From the IMG/VR virus record IMGVR_UViG_2565956716_000008: a stretch of DNA of 40,864 bases; one strand, given 5' to 3'. Source of the DNA: a virus (Duplodnaviria; Heunggongvirae; Uroviricota; Caudoviricetes). The position numbers and the translations under genes were made by a program. Positions 8,595 to 17,442 of this stretch are shown piece after piece; positions within the stretch are counted from its first letter, which is position 1; each line of letters begins with the position of its first letter. The notes under the pieces were generated by a model, which did not search any database, was not told the DNA's origin, and was given only the letters and a program-made list of their open reading frames with translations.

Positions 8595-9536
8595 ATGAGC
8601 ACTAAATTAACCGGCTATGTATGGGATGGTTGCGCAGCGTCAGGCATGAAATTATCCAGCGTGGCAATTATGGCCCGCCTGGCTGATTTCAGTAATGACG
8701 AAGGTGTGTGCTGGCCATCAATTGAAACCATTGCCCGCCAGATTGGCGCGGGGATGAGTACCGTCAGAACGGCTATCGCACGGCTGGAAGCAGAAGGCTG
8801 GTTAACGCGTAAGGCGCGTCGCCAGGGTAACCGCAATGCGTCGAATGTTTATCAGCTTAACGTTGCGAAGCTTCAGGCAGCGGCATTTTCTCAACTGTCA
8901 GATTCTGACCCGTCAAAATCTGACGCATCAAAATCTGACCCGTCAAAATTTGATGCGTCGAAATCTGGCAAAAAAGCGGGTTTTCACCCGTCAGAATCTG
9001 GCGGGGATCCGTCAGTAAAATCAAAACATGATCCGTCAGATAAAAAACCTTCTCGTCCGGACGCTTCGCAACCGGACACGCAGACGGCTGAACAGGATTT
9101 TTTAACTCGCCATCCTGATGCGGTTGTATTCAGCCCTAAAAAACGCCAGTGGGGGACGCAGGATGATTTGACCTGCGCACAGTGGCTCTGGAAAAAAATC
9201 ATCGCCCTGTACGAGCAGGCTGCCGAATGTGACGGCGAGGTGGTTCGTCCCAAAGAACCGAACTGGACAGCCTGGGCAAACGAAATTCGCCTGATGTGTG
9301 TGCAGGATGGTCGTACTCACAAACAAATCTGCGAGATGTACAGCCGCGTCAGCCGCGATCCGTTCTGGTGCCGTAACGTGCTCAGCCCGTCGAAGCTGCG
9401 GGAAAAATGGGATGAGCTTTCCCTGCGCTTATCGCCGTCCGTCAGCACATACACAGAAAAACGTGAAGATCCGTACTTCAAATCCAGTTACGACAACGTG
9501 GACTACAGCCAGATCCCGGCAGGATTCAGGGGGTGA
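8595..9536 (+). CDS. replication initiator (HTH, O-like) with internal iterons
   Basis: N-terminal winged-helix region; central SDPSKSDASKSDPSKFDASKSG linker encoded by tandem DNA repeats. Confidence 0.6.
   Translation: MSTKLTGYVWDGCAASGMKLSSVAIMARLADFSNDEGVCWPSIETIARQIGAGMSTVRTAIARLEAEGWLTRKARRQGNRNASNVYQLNVAKLQAAAFSQLSDSDPSKSDASKSDPSKFDASKSGKKAGFHPSESGGDPSVKSKHDPSDKKPSRPDASQPDTQTAEQDFLTRHPDAVVFSPKKRQWGTQDDLTCAQWLWKKIIALYEQAAECDGEVVRPKEPNWTAWANEIRLMCVQDGRTHKQICEMYSRVSRDPFWCRNVLSPSKLREKWDELSLRLSPSVSTYTEKREDPYFKSSYDNVDYSQIPAGFRG
8895..9045 (+). repeat. iteron array (candidate replication origin) inside initiator gene
   Basis: 6-8 copies of about 15-bp unit CCGTCAAAATCTGA at 15-bp period followed by A-rich stretch. 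Confidence 0.55.
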
Positions 9537-9538
9537 TC

Positions 9539-10027
9539 ATGAGTCTTTTGAATGAAGTTCAGAAATTCATTGAAGCCCATCCGGGGTGTACTTCCGGAGA
9601 CATTGCGGATGCTTTTGCAGGTTACTCACGGCAGCGCGTTCTGCAGTCAGCAAGCAAGTTACGTCAGAGTGGGCGTGTGGCTCACCGTTGTGAAGGAGAT
9701 ACACGCAGACATTTCTCGCGCCTGACTGAGAGAGCGCAGGAGCCGGAACCACAACCAGTTCGTGAAACCAGACCTGTGCGCAAGTTCTATGTCGGCACTA
9801 ACGACCCCCGGGTGATTTTGTGCCTGACCCGCCAGGCTGAAGAACTGGAGTCGAGGGGCTTATACCGTCGTGCTGCAACGGTGTGGATGGCGGCATTCCG
9901 TGAAAGCCACTCCCAGCCAGAACGAAACAATTTTCTGGCGCGTCGTGAACGGTGTTTACGGAAAAGCAGTAAGCGGGCTGCATCAGGTGAAGAGTGGTAT
10001 CTCTCAGGGAATTACGTGGGGGCTTAA
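9539..10027 (+). CDS. PerC-like transcriptional regulator (tentative)
   Basis: AEELESRGLYRRAATVWMAAF motif resembles PerC family; AGGGGG RBS. Confidence 0.4.
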   Translation: MSLLNEVQKFIEAHPGCTSGDIADAFAGYSRQRVLQSASKLRQSGRVAHRCEGDTRRHFSRLTERAQEPEPQPVRETRPVRKFYVGTNDPRVILCLTRQAEELESRGLYRRAATVWMAAFRESHSQPERNNFLARRERCLRKSSKRAASGEEWYLSGNYVGA

Positions 10028-10680
10028 TGAGTAATAAATATTGCCAGGCGCTGGCGGAACTGCGGAACAAACCAGCCCATGAACTGAAGGAAGTGGGCGA
10101 TCAGTGGCGCACGCCGGACAACATTTTCTGGGGAATTAACACCCTGTTTGGCCCGTTTGTTCTGGATCTGTTCACTGACGGTGATAACGCCAAATGTGCT
10201 GCGTATTACACGGCGGAAGACAACGCGCTGGCGCATGACTGGTCAGAACGCCTTGCGGAGCTTAAAGGTGCTGCCTTTGGTAATCCCCCATACAGCCGCG
10301 CCAGTCAGCATGAGGGGCAATACATCACCGGCATGCGTTACATCATGAAGCATGCCAGTGCCATGCGTGATAAAGGCGGGCGCTATGTTTTCCTGATCAA
10401 AGCTGCCACCAGCGAAGTGTGGTGGCCGGAAGATGCAGATCATATTGCTTTTATTCGCGGGCGTATTGGTTTTGAACTGCCTGCCTGGTTTATCCCGAAG
10501 GATGAGAAGCAGGTGCCGACAGGCGCTTTCTTCGCTGGTGCTATTGCTGTTTTCGACAAGACCTGGAAGGGACCGGCAATCAGCTACATCGGGCGCGATG
10601 AACTTGAGGCATGTGGTGAGGCCTTTCTGGCGCAGGTTCGCCAGCAGGCAGAAAAACTGGTCAGGGAGATGGCGGCATGA
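10027..10680 (+). CDS. phage Dam-like DNA N6-adenine methyltransferase
   Basis: FGNPPYS catalytic motif; start ATG overlaps upstream stop (TAATG); track ORF 5' extension rejected. Confidence 0.65.
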   Translation: MSNKYCQALAELRNKPAHELKEVGDQWRTPDNIFWGINTLFGPFVLDLFTDGDNAKCAAYYTAEDNALAHDWSERLAELKGAAFGNPPYSRASQHEGQYITGMRYIMKHASAMRDKGGRYVFLIKAATSEVWWPEDADHIAFIRGRIGFELPAWFIPKDEKQVPTGAFFAGAIAVFDKTWKGPAISYIGRDELEACGEAFLAQVRQQAEKLVREMAA

Positions 10681-11003
10681 CGACGTTAACTCAATGCCAG
10701 CAGCAGGTGCTGGATATGCTGATTTCTTATCAGAAAGAACGTGGCTTCCCGCCAACCAATCAGGAGGTGGCAACCATGCTGGGATACCGTTCAGTGAATG
10801 CAGCGGTGGAGCATCTTCGCGCACTGGAGAAAAAAGGCGTCATCACGATAAAGCGTGGCGTGGCCCGGGGCATCACGCTTCATACCGCGGTGAAGGACGA
10901 CGACAGCGAGGCGGTCGGGATTATCCGCGCACTGCTTGCCGGTGAGGCAAACGCCAGGCTGCGTGCAGCCCACTGGTTACATGAGAGGGGCCTGAAAGTA
11001 TGA
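10677..11003 (+). CDS. LexA-like DNA-binding-domain protein (no peptidase domain)
   Basis: N-terminal LexA-type winged helix pattern (LTQCQQQVLDMLISYQKERGFPPTNQEVATMLGYRS). Confidence 0.45.
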   Translation: MTTLTQCQQQVLDMLISYQKERGFPPTNQEVATMLGYRSVNAAVEHLRALEKKGVITIKRGVARGITLHTAVKDDDSEAVGIIRALLAGEANARLRAAHWLHERGLKV

Positions 11004-11389
11004 AGCTAATACTGCCTTTTCCGCCCAGCGTGAACACGTACTGGCGACACCCCAACAAAGGGGCGCTTGCAGGTAAGAGCCTGATAAGCGCGGCGGGGCG
11101 AAAATTCCAGAGCGCAGCGTGTGCAGCCATCATTGAGCAGTTACGTCGTTTGCCGAAACCAACGTCGGCACCAGCTTCAGTGGAGATCGTGTTGTTTCCT
11201 CCGGATAACCGGCTTCGCGATCTGGACAACTATAACAAGGCGCTGTTTGACGCCCTGACCCACGCGGGTGTGTGGGTGGACGACAGCCAGGTGAAAAGAA
11301 TGCTGGTGGAGTGGGGGCCGGTTATCCCGGAAGGGAAGGTCGAAATCACTATCAGTAAGTACGAGAAAACGGCGGGTGCAGCCGCCTGA
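11000..11389 (+). CDS. rusA: RusA Holliday-junction resolvase
   Basis: RusA signature including DLDNYNKALFDALTHAGVWVDDSQV; 129 aa. Confidence 0.8.
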   Translation: MKLILPFPPSVNTYWRHPNKGALAGKSLISAAGRKFQSAACAAIIEQLRRLPKPTSAPASVEIVLFPPDNRLRDLDNYNKALFDALTHAGVWVDDSQVKRMLVEWGPVIPEGKVEITISKYEKTAGAAA

Positions 11390-11408
11390 TTAAGAGGAGA
11401 AACGAAGT

Positions 11409-12218
11409 ATGAATAATCTGATGGTTATTGATGGTATTGAAGTTCGTCGTGATGCTTATGGGCGTTACAGCCTGAACGATCTGCATCGCGCAGCAGTAGC
11501 ATCTGGTGCAAATGCCAGAACCAAGGAGCCAGGAAAGTTTCTTTCCAGCCAACAAACTGTTGAGCTTGTTCATGAATTAACCAACACCCAGAATTTGGGT
11601 GTTGACCCGGTGAGTGTGATTCATGGGGGAAATGAACGGGGAACGTATGTCTGTAAGGAACTGGTGTATGCCTATGCAATGTGGATCAGCCCGTCATTCC
11701 ATCTGAAGGTGATCCGTACTTTCGATATGGTAACCAGCGCACCGGAAAAATTATCCGGACAGGCTGCTGACAAGATGCAGGCTGGCGTGATTCTGCTGGA
11801 CTTTATGCGCCGGGAGTTAAATCTGTCTAACTCATCTGTGCTTGGGGCCTGTCAGAAACTCCAGGAGGCTGTTGGCTTACCGAATCTGGCACCGCGCTAT
11901 GCCATTGATGCACCTGCTGACGCGCCTGATGGCTCAAGCCGCCCCACGCTGTCGCTGAGTGCACTGCTGAAGCAGTATGGTATCCGCCTGACGGCTAATC
12001 AGGCATATCACCAGATGGTGAAGCTGGGGATCGTCGAGCAGCGCGAACGATACAGCCGTACCGGGATTAACAACATCAAAAAATTCTGGTCGCTGACGGC
12101 GAAAGGCTGCATGTTCGGCAAGAACATCACCAGTCCCGCAAATCCGCGTGAGACGCAGCCGCATTTCTTCGAATCCCGATTCCCTGAGCTGTTAAAGCTG
12201 CTCGATACCGTTCATTGA
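11409..12218 (+). CDS. KilA-N domain protein (putative antirepressor)
   Basis: N-terminal KilA-N pattern (GTYVCKELVYAYAMWISPSFHLKV). Confidence 0.6.
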   Translation: MNNLMVIDGIEVRRDAYGRYSLNDLHRAAVASGANARTKEPGKFLSSQQTVELVHELTNTQNLGVDPVSVIHGGNERGTYVCKELVYAYAMWISPSFHLKVIRTFDMVTSAPEKLSGQAADKMQAGVILLDFMRRELNLSNSSVLGACQKLQEAVGLPNLAPRYAIDAPADAPDGSSRPTLSLSALLKQYGIRLTANQAYHQMVKLGIVEQRERYSRTGINNIKKFWSLTAKGCMFGKNITSPANPRETQPHFFESRFPELLKLLDTVH

Positions 12219-12219
12219 G

Positions 12220-13215
12220 GTGACCGTGAGAGCACTACTGACCCCTGAAATAGCCCCGCGTATGGGGATTGTATTGTTCAGACCAGGTTCAGAGCTGATG
12301 CCCCTGTTTATGCAGGGGCGTGTCCTGCTGGAGCCTGAGCCGGAACGTTATTCATCTTTCGCCAGTGGTGCCGTTCCGGCGGCATCACAACCGCTGGCGG
12401 ATGATCCTGCCGTTAGGGCCGTGTTCCGCAATGAGGCAGTGATCCGTCGTGCTGGTGGCGTGGAATGTCTTGAAAGCTGGTTACTTCGTGAAAAAGGCTG
12501 CCAGTGGCCTCATTCCGACTGGCACAGCGAGAACATGACCACAATGCGACACGCGCCGGGCGCGATCCGTCTGTGCTGGCACTGCGATAACCAGCTGCGC
12601 GATCAGTTCACGGAACGGCTGGAATCAATGGCAACGGATAACTGTGCCCGCTGGGTGTTGTCTGTAGTCCGTCGGGATCTCGGTTTTGATGATAACCATG
12701 CCGTGACAATGCCGGAACTGTGCTGGTGGCTGATTCGTAATGACCTGGCGGATGCCTTACCGGAAAGTGCAGCCCGTAAGGCACTGAGATTACCGAAGCC
12801 TGTTGTGCCGTCTGTCACCCGGGAAAGTGACCTTGTGCCTTCGGTTCCTGCCACCAGCATCATCCAGGATAAGGCGAAAAAGGTGCTGGCGCTGAAAGTG
12901 GATCCGGAGTCGCCGGAGTCTTTTATGTTACGCCCAAAACGCCGCCGCTGGGTTAATGAAAAGTACACGCGCTGGGTTAAGACACAGCCGTGTGCATGTT
13001 GTGGAAAGCCTGCTGATGATCCCCACCACCTGATAGGCCACGGTCAGGGTGGAATGGGTACAAAAGCGCATGACCTCTTTGTGTTGCCTTTGTGCAGAAA
13101 GCATCACGACGAGCTGCATGCGGATACCGTGGCATTTGAAGAGAAGTATGGCTCTCAGCTGGAGCTGATATTTCGTTTTATCGATCGTGCGCTGGCAATT
13201 GGCGTATTGGCGTAA
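12220..13215 (+). CDS. DUF968-domain phage protein
   Basis: C-terminal CACCGKPADDPHHLIGHGQGGMGTKAHD...PLCRKHHDELH motif; GTG start. Confidence 0.5.
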   Translation: MTVRALLTPEIAPRMGIVLFRPGSELMPLFMQGRVLLEPEPERYSSFASGAVPAASQPLADDPAVRAVFRNEAVIRRAGGVECLESWLLREKGCQWPHSDWHSENMTTMRHAPGAIRLCWHCDNQLRDQFTERLESMATDNCARWVLSVVRRDLGFDDNHAVTMPELCWWLIRNDLADALPESAARKALRLPKPVVPSVTRESDLVPSVPATSIIQDKAKKVLALKVDPESPESFMLRPKRRRWVNEKYTRWVKTQPCACCGKPADDPHHLIGHGQGGMGTKAHDLFVLPLCRKHHDELHADTVAFEEKYGSQLELIFRFIDRALAIGVLA

Positions 13216-13228
13216 GTGGAGAACGAGC

Positions 13229-13981
13229 ATGAACCTTGAAGCCTTACCAAAATATTACTCCCCAAAATCTCCAAAATTGAGCGATGACGCACCGGCGACA
13301 GGCTCAGGTGGTTTAACGATTACGGATGTGATGGCTGCGCAGGGGATGGTGCAGTCGAAAGCACCGCTTGGGTTTGCCTTATTCCTGGCAAAAGTTGGTG
13401 TTCAGGATCCTCAATTTGCGATTGAAGGTCTGCTCAATTACGCGATGGCACTGGATAAGCCGACATTGAACAAATTGAGTGAAGAAACCCGGTTACAGAT
13501 CATCCCTTACCTTGTGAATTTTGCCTTTGCTGATTATTCCAGGTCTGCGGCAAGTAAGGCTCGCTGTGAGCATTGTGCTGGTACTGGATTTCATAATGTA
13601 TTGCGCGAAGTGGTGAAACACTCCAGAAGCGGGGAATCTGTTATCAAGGAAGAGTGGGTGAAGGAACTATGTCAGCATTGTCATGGTAAGGGAGAAGTCA
13701 GCACAGCGTGCAGAGGGTGTAAGGGTAAAGGTATTGTCCTGGATGAAAAAAGGACCCGGCTTCATGGCACGCCTGTTTATAAGATTTGTGGGCGTTGCAA
13801 TGGAAACCGGTTTAGCCGTTTACCAACCACACTGGCGCGGCATCATGTCCAGAAGCTGGTACCAGACCTGACGGATTATCAGTGGTACAAAGGATATGCA
13901 GATGTCATTGATAAACTGGTTACAAAGTGCTGGCAGGAAGAAGCATATGCAGAGATACAATTGAGAAAGGTGACAAGATAA
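13229..13981 (+). CDS. Q-like late-gene regulator with DnaJ-type CxxCxGxG zinc-finger repeats (tentative antiterminator)
   Basis: position between early genes and lysis cassette, followed by short terminated leader; four CxxCxGxG repeats; GGAG RBS. Confidence 0.45.
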   Translation: MNLEALPKYYSPKSPKLSDDAPATGSGGLTITDVMAAQGMVQSKAPLGFALFLAKVGVQDPQFAIEGLLNYAMALDKPTLNKLSEETRLQIIPYLVNFAFADYSRSAASKARCEHCAGTGFHNVLREVVKHSRSGESVIKEEWVKELCQHCHGKGEVSTACRGCKGKGIVLDEKRTRLHGTPVYKICGRCNGNRFSRLPTTLARHHVQKLVPDLTDYQWYKGYADVIDKLVTKCWQEEAYAEIQLRKVTR

Positions 13982-14087
13982 ATGGTTTTCGCCGAAGATG
14001 ACGACATGATGCTTGCATTTTTCAAAAAATATGGATAAGATTTTCCCAACGATGGGCTTTGTATGTCTACCGTTGATAAGATTTAGG

Positions 14088-14112
14088 AACCCGCCACTGA
14101 GCGGGTTTTTTG
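14088..14112 (+). terminator. rho-independent terminator (tR'-like) downstream of Q-like gene
   Basis: aacccgc-cactga-gcgggtt followed by T-run. Confidence 0.6.
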
Positions 14113-14233
14113 TACCTGTAAACTTGGTGCAGTACAGTAAACACGCTGGTGGTCGTGAATACTGACTTTTTATCTTGCTGGATTTTTAGACAAGGGTTAT
14201 TGGTATGTCATGTTAACCAGAAGGGAAAAAGAC

Positions 14234-14437
14234 ATGCTAAAACAGCAAGATATGACAGAAACCGCCGCCGCAGTCCTTCATTTCTTACCTGCTGACAAGT
14301 GGGTAACGCCACGCATGATGACGAGAACTACCGGAGTAAGCGAAGCCCGGTGCCAGTTAATACTGACTCAGTTAGTTCTGGCGGGTCTGGCGAAGGATAA
14401 CGGCGGGTACGGGAATAAATTCAGACGCTGCCAGTAA
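14234..14437 (+). CDS. hypothetical small protein
   Basis: AAGGGA RBS before ATG at 14234 (track ORF starts 14210). Confidence 0.3.
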   Translation: MLKQQDMTETAAAVLHFLPADKWVTPRMMTRTTGVSEARCQLILTQLVLAGLAKDNGGYGNKFRRCQ

Positions 14438-14587
14438 TGGCGGTTTCCTGCTGTGAAAATGGGCGGCTGGTGGGTGTTGGTAGCACCTGCCAGCCATTCG
14501 CTCATGCTTACTGGTCACAAGCGAACCACGGCCCACTGCTTTAGCGCAAAAGCAGAGTGAGCCTACCAGAGTTACGCTTACTGATCC

Positions 14588-15640
14588 ATGAAAAATACTG
14601 TAAAAATAAACAGTGTTGATTTAATCAACGCTGATTGCCTGCATTTTATTCAGTCCCTGCCTGATGATTCCATTGACCTGATTGTTACCGATCCGCCTTA
14701 CTTCAAGGTGAAACCTAACGGTTGGGACAATCAGTGGAAAGGGGACGAAGATTACCTTAAGTGGCTGGACCACTGTCTGGCCCAGTTCTGGCGGGTGTTG
14801 AAACCTGCCGGAAGCCTTTACCTGTTCTGTGGGCATCGCCTGGCATCTGATATTGAGATCATGATGCGTGAACGTTTCAACGTGCTTAACCATATCATCT
14901 GGGCGAAGCCGTCCGGACGTTGGAATGGGTGTAATAAAGAAAGTCTGCGCGCATATTTTCCTGCCACAGAGCGCGTTCTGTTTGCTGAACATTACCAGGG
15001 GCCATATCGCGGCAAAAGTGACGGCTATGCGGCAAAAGAAAGGGAACTCAAACAGCACATAATGGCACCGCTGATATCGTATTTCAGGGATGCTCGTGCC
15101 GAACTGGGTATAACGGCAAAACAAATTGCCGAAGCCACAGGTAAGAAAAATATGGTTTCCCACTGGTTTGGTGCCAGTCAGTGGCAGTTGCCGAATGAGG
15201 CTGACTATCGGAAGTTACAGGCACTGTTTTCCCGTATAGCGGCAGAGAAGTTTCAGGAACAACAACTGGAACAACCACACCACCAGCTGGTGGCATCTTA
15301 TGATTCACTGAATCGCAAATATTCTGAATTGCTGGATGAGTTTAAATCTCTCCGGCGCTATTTCTCCGTATCAGTCTCCGTGCCTTATACCGATGTCTGG
15401 ACGCATAAGCCCGTTCAGTTCTACCCGGGTAAACATCCGTGCGAGAAACCGGCGGATATGCTCCGGCAAATAATCAATGCCAGTAGTCGACCTGGTGATC
15501 TGGTTGCTGATTTCTTTATGGGATCCGGTTCCACAATAAAAGCAGCAATGGCGCTGGGGCGTCGGGCGTTAGGTGTTGAACTTGAGTCAGAGCGGTTTAA
15601 TCAGACGGTGAAAGAGGTAAGTGAACTGGTGGGGAAATAA
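14588..15640 (+). CDS. DNA methyltransferase, DPPY-motif N6/N4 class
   Basis: VTDPPY motif near N-terminus and FxGSGST AdoMet-binding motif near C-terminus. Confidence 0.7.
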   Translation: MKNTVKINSVDLINADCLHFIQSLPDDSIDLIVTDPPYFKVKPNGWDNQWKGDEDYLKWLDHCLAQFWRVLKPAGSLYLFCGHRLASDIEIMMRERFNVLNHIIWAKPSGRWNGCNKESLRAYFPATERVLFAEHYQGPYRGKSDGYAAKERELKQHIMAPLISYFRDARAELGITAKQIAEATGKKNMVSHWFGASQWQLPNEADYRKLQALFSRIAAEKFQEQQLEQPHHQLVASYDSLNRKYSELLDEFKSLRRYFSVSVSVPYTDVWTHKPVQFYPGKHPCEKPADMLRQIINASSRPGDLVADFFMGSGSTIKAAMALGRRALGVELESERFNQTVKEVSELVGK

Positions 15641-15644
15641 TTCT

Positions 15645-15670
15645 GGTGGCCACGTTGCGTGGCCTTTTTA
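15645..15670 (+). terminator. candidate rho-independent terminator
   Basis: ggccacg-ttg-cgtggcc hairpin followed by ttttta. Confidence 0.5.
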
Positions 15671-15716
15671 TTTCCAACACAGCACCCGCAAATATCGCGA
15701 GGTGAGAGATGACGAA

Positions 15717-16052
15717 ATGCCTCATAACCCAAATACCTGGCCGGACTGGCTGGAGTTGTTTCAGAGCTGGTGGCGTGGAGACACACCGCTGGGTGCAGTG
15801 ATTATGTCGATCGTTATGGCTGGTTTGCGCATCGCCTATTTTGGCGGTGGTGGTGGCTGGAAGCGAAAAACGCTCGAGATTTTGCTATGTGGCGCTCTGA
15901 CGCTGACCTTTGCATCCGCTCTTGAATATGTCGGATGGCCTAAATCGCTTTCTGTTGCCATTGGTGGTGGCGTGGGGCTGATCGGTGTCGATGCTATTCG
16001 TGGGGCTGCAATGCGAGTAATCGGTAACAAATTTGGTAGCTCGAAGGAGTAA
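15717..16052 (+). CDS. holin (lambda S-like, three predicted TM segments)
   Basis: 111 aa, three hydrophobic segments, charged C-terminus, directly upstream of endolysin. Confidence 0.55.
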   Translation: MPHNPNTWPDWLELFQSWWRGDTPLGAVIMSIVMAGLRIAYFGGGGGWKRKTLEILLCGALTLTFASALEYVGWPKSLSVAIGGGVGLIGVDAIRGAAMRVIGNKFGSSKE

Positions 16053-16055
16053 TTT

Positions 16056-16532
16056 ATGCAGGCACTAAATTCCCAGCGTAAAGCTTTCCTGGATATGGTG
16101 GCATGGTCAGAAGGAACGGATAACGGGCGACAACCGACACGTAACCACGGTTATGATGTTATTGTTGGTGGCGAACTGTTCACTGATTACTCCGATCACC
16201 CTCGCAAACTTGTCACGCTAAACCCCAAACTCAAATCAACAGCTGCCGGACGTTACCAGCTTCTTTCACGCTGGTGGGATGCTTACCGTAAACAGCTTGG
16301 CCTGAAAGATTTTTCTCCAGAAAGCCAGGACGCTGTAGCTCTGCAGCAGATTAAAGAGCGTGGTGCTTTACCGATGATTGACCGCGGCAGTATTCGTCAG
16401 GCAATCGACCGTTGCAGCAATATCTGGGCGTCGTTACCTGGTGCAGGTTACGGTCAGTATGAACATAAAATCGGTGACCTGATTGCCCGATTTAAAAAAG
16501 CTGGTGGGGTAGTAAATGAAGCTGAGATATAA
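16056..16532 (+). CDS. endolysin, lambda R-type transglycosylase
   Basis: near-identical by eye to lambda R sequence character (NQRKAFLDM..WSEGTDNGRQ..HGYDVIVGG). Confidence 0.85.
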   Translation: MQALNSQRKAFLDMVAWSEGTDNGRQPTRNHGYDVIVGGELFTDYSDHPRKLVTLNPKLKSTAAGRYQLLSRWWDAYRKQLGLKDFSPESQDAVALQQIKERGALPMIDRGSIRQAIDRCSNIWASLPGAGYGQYEHKIGDLIARFKKAGGVVNEAEI

Positions 16533-16908
16533 GCTGGTTATTGTTGCCTTCGTTGTTAGCGTCATTGGTTCCTTCATCTGGTCTACCGGGCATTACTACA
16601 GCAAATATCAGCACGAAAAGGAGCGTGCTGATGAGGCTGTACGAAATGCTGAATCAGCAACTGCCATTACCCGTAACGTTCTGCAATCACTGCAAATCAT
16701 CAATACAGTTATAGAGGCTAACCAGCATGCAAAACAGCAGATCGCACTGGAGTCACAGAGAACCCAGGAAGATATCAAAGTGGCTGTTGCGGATGATGAT
16801 TGTGCTTCACGTCATGTGCCTGCTGCCGCTGCTGACCGGTTGCGGAAGTACGCGAACAGTTTACGTACCGATTCCGGCGGTACCGTTGCCAGCAAGCCTG
16901 ACTACTGA
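16516..16908 (+). CDS. Rz-like i-spanin
   Basis: N-terminal TM helix then coiled-coil-like region; follows endolysin. Confidence 0.5.
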   Translation: MKLRYKLVIVAFVVSVIGSFIWSTGHYYSKYQHEKERADEAVRNAESATAITRNVLQSLQIINTVIEANQHAKQQIALESQRTQEDIKVAVADDDCASRHVPAAAADRLRKYANSLRTDSGGTVASKPDY

Positions 16909-17065
16909 AACTCCCCAGCCAGTCATTCCCGAGCCGCTGACCTATGGGGCCAGTCTGGATCTGAATGTGAGCCTGCTTTCGGCGTTGGGACAATGCAATA
17001 TTGACAAAGCGGGGATTCGAAATATCGAGATGCGCCGTAACGCTTTGCTGGCAGCAGGCAAATAG
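16793..17065 (+). CDS. Rz1-like o-spanin lipoprotein (overlapped, +1 frame)
   Basis: signal peptide with LLTGC lipobox, proline-rich mature region; starts inside Rz in +1 frame. Confidence 0.45.
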   Translation: MMIVLHVMCLLPLLTGCGSTRTVYVPIPAVPLPASLTTETPQPVIPEPLTYGASLDLNVSLLSALGQCNIDKAGIRNIEMRRNALLAAGK

Positions 17066-17091
17066 TCCGGACAAAGAACAGGAATATATTT

Positions 17092-17442
17092 ATGCCCCCC
17101 CGAACTCCAAAAGCCTGCCGCGTTCGCGGCTGCCGTAATACCACGACAGACCCGTCAGGCTACTGCGAAAGCCACAAAAGCGAAGGCTGGAAGCAATACA
17201 AGTCAGGACAATCCCGTCATCAGCGCGGTTATGGTTCTAAGTGGGATGTTATCCGCGCGCGTGTCCTGAAGCGTGACAAAGGTTTATGTCAGTTATGTCT
17301 GCGTGCTGGTGTGGTACGTGAGGCGAAGACCGTTGACCACATCATCCCTAAAGCGCGTGGCGGCACTGATGCCGACAGTAATCTACAGAGCCTGTGTTGG
17401 CCGTGTCATAAGGCGAAGACGGCCCGTGAATGGCTGAAGTAA
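17092..17442 (+). CDS. HNH endonuclease (terminase-associated)
   Basis: CxxC...HxxxxH...CxxCH pattern; immediately upstream of terminase small subunit. Confidence 0.75.
   Translation: MPPRTPKACRVRGCRNTTTDPSGYCESHKSEGWKQYKSGQSRHQRGYGSKWDVIRARVLKRDKGLCQLCLRAGVVREAKTVDHIIPKARGGTDADSNLQSLCWPCHKAKTAREWLK

Noticed and set aside
8895-9045. Possible CRISPR array suggested by the regular short repeats
   Set aside because: Period is about 15 bp with no unique spacers, the repeats lie in-frame inside a replication gene, and no cas genes are present; iterons fit better.
10243-10945. Overlapping 193-aa minus and 170-aa plus ORFs
   Set aside because: Alternative frames over the Dam-like and LexA-domain genes; Arg/Ser/Pro-rich low-complexity translations.
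14621-15163. 180-aa minus-strand ORF
   Set aside because: Lies entirely antisense within the DPPY methyltransferase gene, which has clear catalytic motifs.
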